The notes below the pieces were generated by a model that made no database searches, was not told the origin of the DNA, and was given only the letters and a program-made list of their open reading frames with translations. From the NCBI GenBank assembly GCA_964597545.1, contig CAZQXN010000001.1, positions 133,655-197,654 on the forward strand: a stretch of DNA of 64,000 bases, written 5' to 3'. The DNA is from an uncultured Planctomycetia bacterium. Its GTDB lineage: Bacteria > Omnitrophota > Gorgyraeia > 1-14-0-20-64-10. Shown piece after piece: positions 58,201-64,000 of the stretch. Numbering within the stretch: position 1 is the first letter of the stretch; every line of letters starts with the position of its first letter. The position numbers and the translations under genes are program-made.

Positions 58201-58597
58201 GGACCCAACCCAGCTGAGAGCGCCAATCGGGTGGCTCTTTCTGCACGCAGGACTCAATAGACCAAAGGGGCTCTCTCCCAATACGCCGGTGGTTCGGATG
58301 CGCGCGGACAGCGTCCCGGAAATGCTTGTCTTTTATGATGAGCAGAAGCTCTCCGGAAGGGATGTGTCGCTGGTCAACATGACTCTGGTTACCCCGGAGG
58401 AGGTCTGGGCCTCTTTGCCGGTTACCGATGACCCGCATGCAGTGATCGGGGCCTTGAGCGGGGCTGAGCCGAATGCCGCGGAGACCAAACTACTTGCGGT
58501 TATCTCTCGCCGGGTGGGACCGATTTTTAGCTGGAAAACCACCCGCTATACCGCCCAAGACGGGCGGACCTACCTCGTCATCCAAATCCAGGTGTAA
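52244..58597 (+). CDS. Giant (2117 aa) signal-peptide multi-domain protein: GHKL-ATPase-like / SDR epimerase / PPP-family metallophosphatase / ROK sugar kinase / DUF218 / novel conserved C-terminal domain
   Basis: Signal peptide MGKSFTRIFTLLLALSLALPSPAWA. GHKL boxes: LANAVDAL, ILDTGSGI, GSFGRQGRG. SDR: VLGVGFIGSRI, YPYSK. PPP phosphatase: LGDLHGD, AGDLAEGG, GGNHD, VVHGGG, VRGHD. ROK: ILAMDLGGTNLRIGLV, NDVRAGLRAE. DUF218: AVVVLGNPNP...HTGDNARNSARLL...ILLVSDPLAATIA. C-terminal ~155 aa are shared with ORF 60980..62608. Confidence 0.6.
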   Translation: MGKSFTRIFTLLLALSLALPSPAWALRSQEPIETTAATGLEEALSGRKEGEAHVDGHLIARRFAELLREGRTNPAIHSGAPSSKPLQRDDITRTDAREVVWELSEKALKGALNELWERVLRHSAYWRQFRKEIDVGALGPKYIEQGIVDHLFSILRHPLANAVDALVRASYPVFEDAEIAVLWSVRGQEIRIQILDTGSGIAPDALGVLGQELIENDKADELGSFGRQGRGAFIAARLAAAENWQLSFANRDGTGGAVVSLIIPLTPTLSGQEETWELKIQAGYTDAQVTVLGVGFIGSRIMQRLLGSYGALVRTVKGTTTKASENLATRFSDFPAYPKLAPIQGDHRNAESVRRFIGDSKVILDTAGLAWQHKSGGKPATLEEELLQNAASAALIGQLLGSYQRLVWTSSNAADYMLARLRTHEQAVLLKEIDERARRYVQFSKGLPSQEAWGDFVRQDLAEFQPQTFEKGPNQAAAVFAKAFSYPYSKRLGERILEIVSEDPEKDIWVLRISDVYGPGQGLGKEFWHPERERRKAARRPQWFMAIFEAIRNGQFEPWKTGQDFFQSKNEQTIYNDFVAPVYIDDVVEMILRASVLEKDSDTPGSAVLQLSAPWMTNQAMAETIAQQVGIDLNIAVGDPILRQQPLAANSGLALLGMQGELTSFEDGVARHLDWWRQPQVPAGQEEKRALARHLRDWVIPRLRAQLQAEEQIGVGRLRRTIGEIQSDQPFIQGGVAYVPARQGRLIVLGDLHGDLVMFEKILDQVGYDPEINPTLPPELQAHLVMAGDLAEGGRQNIKLANRLGEIKLKDPNHVIFAGGNHDQELVLWDSPIISKYPHFTFLSKELADLLGPEEGMSIYGDWNGLGRALPVLIAFPNGIVVVHGGGPSLANPPPPGLPEQFRTTFSPEAGLLGIENPIIQDQMSFNFLWGSHLARSMPEVDEVIALSSRTSERGMHPGFWISRNSHFGFLDSIGGKVLVRGHDSWAPHDQVFYDGTVLTLQSTDYRSPDHAFQRDRQLIGRYAEFDLSQTYDRIDPEGVVKYLSWASGLEEDIAAEAAALQEEGRPFKLDLHWHGVDPDGRYQKDGNVSLVSIGFDRGRADVRGAAQHVQQALRQATDHPDVRIVAGGSENYVAVLLPRKPWGMERVAREELPGDLSEWLTVIVGDSLGLDFLSLEQQERFPTASLQILVQGKEAVLPPHAEEVVLAKKGGDGVDALLTDLLRVIERGGQYQEVESFGEQLPGDFQDKALNPKRLHLIFDVDSTLMASLDTFDAQQHGKQGQEFKGERLENIARLAERGVFFRFGSGKALEEVSGDRAVPDWDRLLIPVVKAFMDRRIPVQQVGYDGVSGQQKVRVRPGTEELRFSRRELPISPDRQVFTNQEVIRLFRLGLQAVQANAKPTQPGADAAGQEEIAQVAVEARILAMDLGGTNLRIGLVNKRTGELFPGTLRAHPLEFLPGTSHASGRNAEVILHQILTAAQALLSDIGLDSFAEIGGVAVSIAGSLREGEGVVRFQANLPFSGQNLAALLSHRFNVPPQAIVLSNDVRAGLRAEMHYGAGQGRRAGSVGYFSVGTSANGAFLSDKGEIVKLDSIDLIRSWIREVSMRAGGMHLPHRAVEQGMPSATVGTTQQVWEQAQASHETAKKLIRKAAESIGEALVKITEAVTKEQEFLWILGGGVVEGMGEPFVEQIRASADQELHESRRGQRITICLSPLDGRERGLRGAALSVAAGLEEQVSQRDAADINLLFQHLANPVDQRQMPETFDAVVVLGNPNPQQNGAAAAEAIHQFKPSFVVITGTAEETPQFKNVLSQHGIKDLIEDAAARHTGDNARNSARLLKPKGLPDSPNILLVSDPLAATIALRFFELQFADEWGGPANFYSYTASLPSVTPGTNRSELGMQVQAGINIFRSLNDYAGTFISDHEADRDPQVAAAVQRLRDQNYTAGQEESALAQALSDPEVQAGLEDKGWAQTKALGPTVFVGDPTQLRAPIGWLFLHAGLNRPKGLSPNTPVVRMRADSVPEMLVFYDEQKLSGRDVSLVNMTLVTPEEVWASLPVTDDPHAVIGALSGAEPNAAETKLLAVISRRVGPIFSWKTTRYTAQDGRTYLVIQIQV

Positions 58598-58600
58598 AGA

Positions 58601-60709
58601 CTATACCGAGCCCCGGTAGGATTCTGCTGCCCGGCCAAAGAGATGGGTGGTCAGCTGGCAGGTGCACGCGAATACAAAGGTCGCAAAGAGATAGCTCTCT
58701 TCTGCCAACCGCCAGATGAGTTTCAGAGGGTTTAAGCGATCGAGCCGCCCCCTCCGGAGACTGGCTCCTGCCTCCTTCCAAAAGCGCTCAATAGGTTTGC
58801 GCGACCAGGTCAAAGAGGTGCTGAAGGGGTTGTGCTGCCGGATCCATAGCCAAAGGCGGGAAGGAACGCGCTGACTGCGGCGCACCATGTGCTGTGCGCA
58901 GGCCTTCCGGCGGCGGGCAAAGGCAACGGCCCGCTGATAGGCCCACTGAAGCTGGCGCTGGCGCAGCTGGCGCCATTGCAACACATCGGCGTGGCGCTTG
59001 CGGAGGTGCTCCACCACCAACCGCTCCACATCGCTGCGGGGGTGGGTCTGCAGCCAAAGCTCCTCGAGCTCAAAGAGTAGGTCTAACCAGCGCCTTGCGA
59101 AGGTCCGGCAATCCCTAAGGCGCCGCTTGAAATATTGCCAACGTCCTTCTATCGGCCAGCCCGGCCTGCGCTCAAGCCGGTGCCGAAGCTTAAAGAGGCC
59201 GTGGATCATGGGGTGACCCTGCTCGACCACAATGGCGTTCTTGTGCCAGAGGAGGTTGGCAAAAACCTTCCAGTAATTCTCAGCTGAAACCCGCCGGAGT
59301 ATCGCCTTCATGTTCTCCATGTCATAGAAAGAGACCCTGGCCTCGGCATAGGCCCCCCTCCATTCTTCTTGGGTCATCCGGGGGTGCTCAACGGTGGCAT
59401 GGCAGGTGTTATAACGGTTGAGGTCCGGATCCAGGGCTACCCCGCGGCGGATCAAGTCGGCATGGTCCTTGGAGCCGGGTAAGGGGGTCAGCATAAAGAA
59501 AGAGACCTGGTCGGGTGCCAGGGTGGTTTTTAGGGTCTCGATGTCCCGGCGCACCGACTCTCTGGTGTCGAACGGGAAACCGATGATGTAGGCCACGTGC
59601 GTGTTGATCCCTCCCGCACGGTAGGTGCGGATGGCCTCGCCAAACTTTTCGGTCCGATTCTGCCGCTTCTCGGCGGCCACGAGGTTGTCGGAGTTTAGGC
59701 TCTCCACCCCTAAGAAAACCTGGGTGCAGCCGGCCGCTTTGGCCTTCTCGATAAACCGGGGGGATTTGTACGACTGGGTATCCACCTGAATCATGAAGGA
59801 AAGTTTAATCCCCTCCTCCTTGTGCAGGCGGATCAAGGCATCAAAGATCGCCTCCCAGTGTCTGTTTCTGAAGAAGTTGTCATCTGAGAAGAAGTAATAA
59901 GAAATCTTGCGCCGGTGGTAATTGTCTCGAATCAGCTCCACTAATCGCTCCACCTCTCTGAATCGCATCTTGCGCCCCTGAACATTGATCACGGTGCAGA
60001 AGGAGCAGGCAAAGGGGCAACCCCGGCCGCAGTCTAGGGTGCCGAGATTGGGAGCTAAGAAGCGTTTTCTGTACCGCTCGCCCACCTTAGGCATGGGGGC
60101 GCTTTTTAAGTCGGGTGGGGAGCCCAAAAAGTTGTATACCTGCTGTCGCTTGCCCTCCAGCACATCCCGCAGGATACCCTCCCAGCGGCCCTCGATCTCG
60201 CCGGCAACCACCGTAACCCCGGCATCGATCAAGCGCTGGATCTCGGTTGGGATTTGAGGCAGCATGGCGATCGAACCACTCACATGGAAACCGCCGATTA
60301 AGACATCGACTCCGCCTGCGCGAAGCTGGAGCGCCAAGTCTGAGGCCCGGGCAAATTGGCATGACTGCACTCCAACCAAGCAAGTGACAACGTTGGTGTG
60401 TGGGTCGCGAGCGGCACGGAAGATCTTTTGGAGGCTAACCCGCTCCAGTGTCTCGTCGATCAGTGTGACCTTCCACTGGAGAGGCCCCAGGGCTTCTCTC
60501 TGGCGGACATCTTCGGTGAGGCCGTGCAGGCAGGCCAAGGTGTTGCTGGGCAGAAGTCCGCGCCAGTAACGGATGACATAGCCGTCATCGTCATACTGCG
60601 AGGGCTTGATCAGATAGATCGCCAGCCGTCGGATCTTGGGTTGGGTAAGTAGTAATGTCTTCATCTTAAAATCTGCTGTAACGAAATATCCCCGTGGGAG
60701 GGTAATCAT
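58601..60709 (-). CDS. B12-binding radical SAM protein (class B, DUF4070-type) with ~200-aa basic/aromatic C-terminal extension
   Basis: N-terminal B12-binding Rossmann-like region. Radical SAM core CGRGCPFACSFCTV (CxxxCxxC). C-terminal extension ends in a hydrophobic segment. Likely true start is MKTLLLTQP at 60664. Its stop lies 3 nt from the giant gene's stop (convergent). Confidence 0.65.
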   Translation of the reverse strand: MITLPRGYFVTADFKMKTLLLTQPKIRRLAIYLIKPSQYDDDGYVIRYWRGLLPSNTLACLHGLTEDVRQREALGPLQWKVTLIDETLERVSLQKIFRAARDPHTNVVTCLVGVQSCQFARASDLALQLRAGGVDVLIGGFHVSGSIAMLPQIPTEIQRLIDAGVTVVAGEIEGRWEGILRDVLEGKRQQVYNFLGSPPDLKSAPMPKVGERYRKRFLAPNLGTLDCGRGCPFACSFCTVINVQGRKMRFREVERLVELIRDNYHRRKISYYFFSDDNFFRNRHWEAIFDALIRLHKEEGIKLSFMIQVDTQSYKSPRFIEKAKAAGCTQVFLGVESLNSDNLVAAEKRQNRTEKFGEAIRTYRAGGINTHVAYIIGFPFDTRESVRRDIETLKTTLAPDQVSFFMLTPLPGSKDHADLIRRGVALDPDLNRYNTCHATVEHPRMTQEEWRGAYAEARVSFYDMENMKAILRRVSAENYWKVFANLLWHKNAIVVEQGHPMIHGLFKLRHRLERRPGWPIEGRWQYFKRRLRDCRTFARRWLDLLFELEELWLQTHPRSDVERLVVEHLRKRHADVLQWRQLRQRQLQWAYQRAVAFARRRKACAQHMVRRSQRVPSRLWLWIRQHNPFSTSLTWSRKPIERFWKEAGASLRRGRLDRLNPLKLIWRLAEESYLFATFVFACTCQLTTHLFGRAAESYRGSV

Positions 60710-60772
60710 CCCCCGGGGATCGCAGTAAGGCTATTGTAGCACCTTTGGGGCAAAAAGACTGTTTTTGGAGTG

Positions 60773-60850
60773 GTGTAGCTTCCTGGACGACTTTAGAACT
60801 TTCTGTAGGGGCCGGGAAGCATCCGGCAAGTTGGCCGAAATAACCCGCGC
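60773..60850. repeat. Direct repeat DR1 (~80 bp) upstream of the paralog gene
   Basis: GTAGCTTCCTGGACGACTTTAGAACTTTCTGTAGGGGCCGGGAAGCATCCGGCAAGTTGGCCGAAATAACCC is ~80% identical to DR2. Confidence 0.6.
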
Positions 60851-60979
60851 CTTATTGTGGCACTCCATACCCTATCGACCCGAGCGGACACCGACCCTGT
60901 TAGCCTTAATTGTAGTTAGCTCGTCCCCTTTCATTTTGCTCTTGGGTCAGCTATACTTATTGTATTAAGTCCCAATCCA

Positions 60980-62608
60980 ATGAAAATGCGTAGAACCGCT
61001 CTAAAGATCGTGATGGTTGTCCTGGTGGCCAAGCTTGTCCTGCCCAACCCTGCCTGGGGACTACGAGATTCCATCGAGGATGAAACCCCAGGTGGGTTGG
61101 CAGCTGCTTTTGGAATTACTGCCGCTGGGCTGGAGGAGAATCGGCCGCTGGCGATTAACCGAAAAGCTATTCCGGTTCGAACGGCCGCTTTCTCGTTCGA
61201 GAACCCGGCAGAAATACAGGCGGTTGACCAGAAGTTGGGTGAAGCGGCTAGGTTATTCTCAGAAATCGGGTGGTTTGACCGCCATCCGGAATCATTCCAG
61301 CACACCACCGAGATCTCTGCGCACGGAAAGCGTTCGGGCATTGGAGGGTTGGCTTCTTCTGATCGCCCAGGAGAGCTATGGGTTCGAACTGAAGGCCTTC
61401 CTGTTTTGGAAGTTGTGAATACGCTAGCCCATGAAGATCGGCACAATGCGATCTATGCCGGCGCGCGTTGGGCGCGGATTGTAGAACACGAGGGTGCGAT
61501 TCCGACTCGCTTCGATCACCGCTGGTGCCCGGATGTCAGGCCTTCGGCCAGAGACCTGCTGAACGAGCTGGATGCATACGTGTTTTCCCTCCCCATTTCT
61601 CTTCAGATATGGGAGGCGAAACTGCTACCTGAAACCCCTTTGGCGGTTGAGGAGCTTTTCATGCTGTTGTTCCGGGCCGAGGAGGCAATCCGGCTTCTCG
61701 AGGAAAGCCGAGAAAAGGTCCTGAATGAGGATGGGGCGACGTGGCTGGAAGAATTAAAACCTTTGTGGGCCAGGCGGAGAGAGGCGGTTGAAACCCGTTG
61801 GGATTGGGACTCCGTGATGGCCTCTCTTGCAGGCTCTCAGGAGGAAGCAGTTCGCGCGATTTGGTACTTCCATGTGGGGGAGCTCTGGAAGGCCCGCCCA
61901 AATGAACAAACAGCTTATGAAGCGCTGTTGATCCAAACGCTCGCCAAAGAACGCAACCCGGTTTTCCTGCAGGAGGAAGTAGGCAAACAGCTTTCCCTCC
62001 TGGAAATGCCGGTAAAATTGCAAGAGCTGGTTGAGGCGCGGTATCTTTCGCTGACAGACAAAGGCGTGGAGCATCTTTCCGCTGATGCGTCCCTCATCGA
62101 CCAGCTAAAGGATACCGCTGGACTGGAGGAGGTGGGGCAAATAGTGACATCTCCGGAGGTGCAAGCCGGTCTCAAAGCTGCTGGATGGGCTTCCCTTGGA
62201 GAGGGTCGTTACGTTGTGAATCCCGCTAGACTCCAAGGATCCATTGGGCGACTCACTCTACATGCAGGGCTTGAGGAGCCGGATGGAGTTCCAGAGAACG
62301 CGATGGTTCGCATGGAAGCTGGTTCAGCCTCGGAGATGATCGCTTTCTATCGGGAACATCAACTGGGGCGAAATGACGTCGTCTTGGTCAACATGAAGCT
62401 TGTAACCCCAACAGAGGTGCTTGCTTCACTCCCCCTCAGCACACCATTCGCTGTGCTCGGCTCTACCCCCCAAGAGCGTCTTGCCTTGGGGACTCTCCTG
62501 TTCCTTGCGGAACTTTCCCGTAACATCGGCCCTATCCTACACGCTGACATCCGACCTTTTACCGCAGAGGATGGTCGATCTTACGTTCTGGTTGATATTC
62601 AAGCGTAA
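60980..62608 (+). CDS. Secreted paralog (542 aa) sharing N-terminal LPxPAW[AG]LR motif and C-terminal ~155-aa domain with the giant protein; contains an HExxH motif
   Basis: Signal peptide MKMRRTALKIVMVVLVAKLVLPNPAWG. TLAHEDRHNAIYAG. C-terminus PEVQAGLKAAGW...LHAGLEEP...VRMEAGSASEMIAFY...VVLVNMKLVTPTEV...TAEDGRSYVLVDIQA aligns at ~45% identity with the giant protein C-terminus. Confidence 0.5.
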   Translation: MKMRRTALKIVMVVLVAKLVLPNPAWGLRDSIEDETPGGLAAAFGITAAGLEENRPLAINRKAIPVRTAAFSFENPAEIQAVDQKLGEAARLFSEIGWFDRHPESFQHTTEISAHGKRSGIGGLASSDRPGELWVRTEGLPVLEVVNTLAHEDRHNAIYAGARWARIVEHEGAIPTRFDHRWCPDVRPSARDLLNELDAYVFSLPISLQIWEAKLLPETPLAVEELFMLLFRAEEAIRLLEESREKVLNEDGATWLEELKPLWARRREAVETRWDWDSVMASLAGSQEEAVRAIWYFHVGELWKARPNEQTAYEALLIQTLAKERNPVFLQEEVGKQLSLLEMPVKLQELVEARYLSLTDKGVEHLSADASLIDQLKDTAGLEEVGQIVTSPEVQAGLKAAGWASLGEGRYVVNPARLQGSIGRLTLHAGLEEPDGVPENAMVRMEAGSASEMIAFYREHQLGRNDVVLVNMKLVTPTEVLASLPLSTPFAVLGSTPQERLALGTLLFLAELSRNIGPILHADIRPFTAEDGRSYVLVDIQA

Positions 62609-62642
62609 TCCTTTGCAGGAAAAACAGTTACAGGAAATTATG

Positions 62643-62720
62643 TAGCTTCCTGGACGACTTTAGAGCTTTTTGTAGGGGGCAAGAGGCTCGTAAGTTGGCT
62701 GAGATAGCCCTATGCTGATT
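62643..62720. repeat. Direct repeat DR2 (~80 bp) downstream of the paralog gene
   Basis: GTAGCTTCCTGGACGACTTTAGAGCTTTTTGTAGGGGGCAAGAGGCTCGTAAGTTGGCTGAGATAGCCC. Confidence 0.6.
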
Positions 62721-62782
62721 GTAGCAGATTGGGTACCATTTCCTACGGCGCCGGGTTCAAAGGTGCAGAGGAAGTGTCCCCA

Positions 62783-63949
62783 TCAGTCTTGTCGGAGTTT
62801 AGGGTTTTTTGAAATCGGGGTCGGTAACTTTAAAACGACCCAATAAGTCGATATGATAAACGTCACAATCGTTGCGACCTGAATCACCATCGCTCCTGCA
62901 GCTGACAAAACCCCAATCGACAAAGCTGAAAATGCGACGAGGAGGGAGAATTCGCTTGATTGTGCCAAGCGGACCGACAGCTCTTTAGACCATTGCGGCG
63001 ATTCTCCTGCTCTTCGAAATGCAAAACCAAATACGTAAGCTTTCAATGGCACTAGAATCGCGCCAAATATGATTGCTGACAGAAGAAGTCTGCGCTCAAG
63101 GAACAAATTCAATTCCGCCCCTACCGCGAAGAAAAAAAGAATCAGAAAGAACTCGCGTAATGGCTTGAGGTGTTCGGCAATGGCAAGTGCGACCGTACAG
63201 GAAGCGATCGATAATCCTGCGACAAAAGCGCCCATCTCATAGGAAAGGCCCAAATAATGAGCGGTTTCTGCCCACAACAAACACCAAGCTAATGTTGCAA
63301 GAAAAGCATACTCCTGAATCACAGCAAAGTTTTTCAGTAGCGGTCTCAAAACAAACTGTACACCTAAAAATGATAAGAAGCAGAGCAATGCAAACTTCCC
63401 TACAAGCATTCCGAATGTGGCTAAAACATACTCACTCTTTTCCCCAGCAATGAATAAGATGACAAGGATGGCCAACATGTCCTGAAAAAGCAGGATGCTC
63501 GTCATTGTTTCGCCCATCGGTTTATAGTGAAGCGTCTTCGTTGGAATCAACTTTAATCCAACGACCGTGCTTGAAAACATCATTGCTGCACCAGAAATCA
63601 ACGAGCTGTGTATATCAAATCCGAGCAATAAGAAAAAAAGGCAAGCTATTCCTCCGAACAGCAGTGATGTGCCAAGGGTAAGGAGCGAAGTCCTGCGGAA
63701 AAGCTTGATCAGCCTTCTTGGATCTAAGTTGAGGCCAATGAGAAAGAGTAGGAGTATTACACCGAAATGAGCTATTTGTTCAATGTGGTCGGTTCTGCGA
63801 ATTAAGCCAAGCCCGTTTGGTCCAAGGGCAATCCCGATTGCAATATAGGCTATAAGAATGGGCTGTTTTGCGTAGAGAAAGAATGTCCCTAGCAAAGCGG
63901 CCCCCACTACGATAGCGCTTAATTCGAATATAATGCTGTCAAGATTCAT
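62783..63949 (-). CDS. Monovalent cation:proton antiporter (CPA family, NhaP/KefB-like)
   Basis: GIALGPNGLGLI...FGVILLLFLIGLNLDP is the typical N-terminal TM pattern of Na+/H+ exchangers. 388 aa, ~11 TM. Confidence 0.65.
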   Translation of the reverse strand: MNLDSIIFELSAIVVGAALLGTFFLYAKQPILIAYIAIGIALGPNGLGLIRRTDHIEQIAHFGVILLLFLIGLNLDPRRLIKLFRRTSLLTLGTSLLFGGIACLFFLLLGFDIHSSLISGAAMMFSSTVVGLKLIPTKTLHYKPMGETMTSILLFQDMLAILVILFIAGEKSEYVLATFGMLVGKFALLCFLSFLGVQFVLRPLLKNFAVIQEYAFLATLAWCLLWAETAHYLGLSYEMGAFVAGLSIASCTVALAIAEHLKPLREFFLILFFFAVGAELNLFLERRLLLSAIIFGAILVPLKAYVFGFAFRRAGESPQWSKELSVRLAQSSEFSLLVAFSALSIGVLSAAGAMVIQVATIVTFIISTYWVVLKLPTPISKNPKLRQD

Positions 63950-64000
63950 TTGGTGTAAGGTGGTTGCTGTATCTTGCTACTTTCGACGGTGCTGTGTCGA

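Noticed and set aside
58788-59216. + strand ORFs at 58788..59057, 58889..59080, 58894..59118 and 58998..59216
   Set aside because: They are Ala/Pro/Arg-rich high-GC frames overlapping the radical SAM gene's C-terminal extension. Whether the extension or these frames are real is unresolved, but none has motifs.
60773-60850. Sigma-54 -24/-12 promoter in DR1/DR2 (GG-N10-GC)
   Set aside because: Spacing is 11 nt in DR2 and no GC at all in DR1. Not supported.
1-64000. CRISPR arrays and rRNA genes
   Set aside because: No regularly spaced short direct repeats and no rRNA-like conserved segments are seen anywhere in the window.

Overview
Bacterial chromosomal window of roughly 58-60% GC, lineage not determinable from sequence alone. 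Four main regions are supported.

1. Cell-surface glycan island (1-10.9 kb, minus strand, continuing at 13-31 kb). It carries an ABC-2 exporter (wzm/wzt), several glycosyltransferases and at least six SAM methyltransferases. It also carries sugar-activation enzymes: a three-domain NTase-HAD-kinase fusion, an FSA/transaldolase-like aldolase, two GDPD-like proteins and a DPPR-synthase-like UbiA prenyl-phosphate phosphoribosyltransferase.

2. Accessory region (11-15.3 kb) separating the two parts of the island. It holds an IS481-family element, an HTH protein, tRNA-Val and tRNA-Asp, and a HEPN/MNT toxin-antitoxin pair bracketed by an intergenic repeat family that carries an extended -10 promoter.

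3. De novo pyrimidine region.
- carB1 is standalone at 17.4-20.7 kb.
- A minus-strand supercluster at 33.4-49.6 kb carries pyrR (with a recognisable PyrR RNA-binding loop and terminator), pyrB, pyrC, carA, carB2, pyrK, pyrD, pyrF and pyrE.
- Non-pyr genes are interspersed: an EndoQ-like PHP nuclease, a LolA-like protein, an SDR epimerase and a response regulator.
- carB2 has no canonical start codon; the only candidate is ATT with a GGAGA Shine-Dalgarno sequence.
- A 19-bp palindromic element (AAAGGGGTCWGACCCCTTT) recurs in frame inside carA and at the rsmI/lpxA junction.
- A perfect 29-bp inverted repeat abuts the carA start.

4. Most unusual locus (52.2-62.7 kb).
- A 2117-aa signal-peptide protein fuses GHKL-ATPase-like, SDR epimerase, PPP-family metallophosphatase, ROK sugar-kinase and DUF218 domains.
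- It shares a conserved N-terminal LPxPAW[AG]LR motif and a ~155-aa C-terminal domain with a 542-aa paralog.
- The two genes flank a B12-binding radical SAM gene.
- The paralog is bracketed by ~80-bp direct repeats.

Three tRNA genes (Val-TAC, Asp-GTC, Phe-GAA) were found. No CRISPR array and no rRNA were found.
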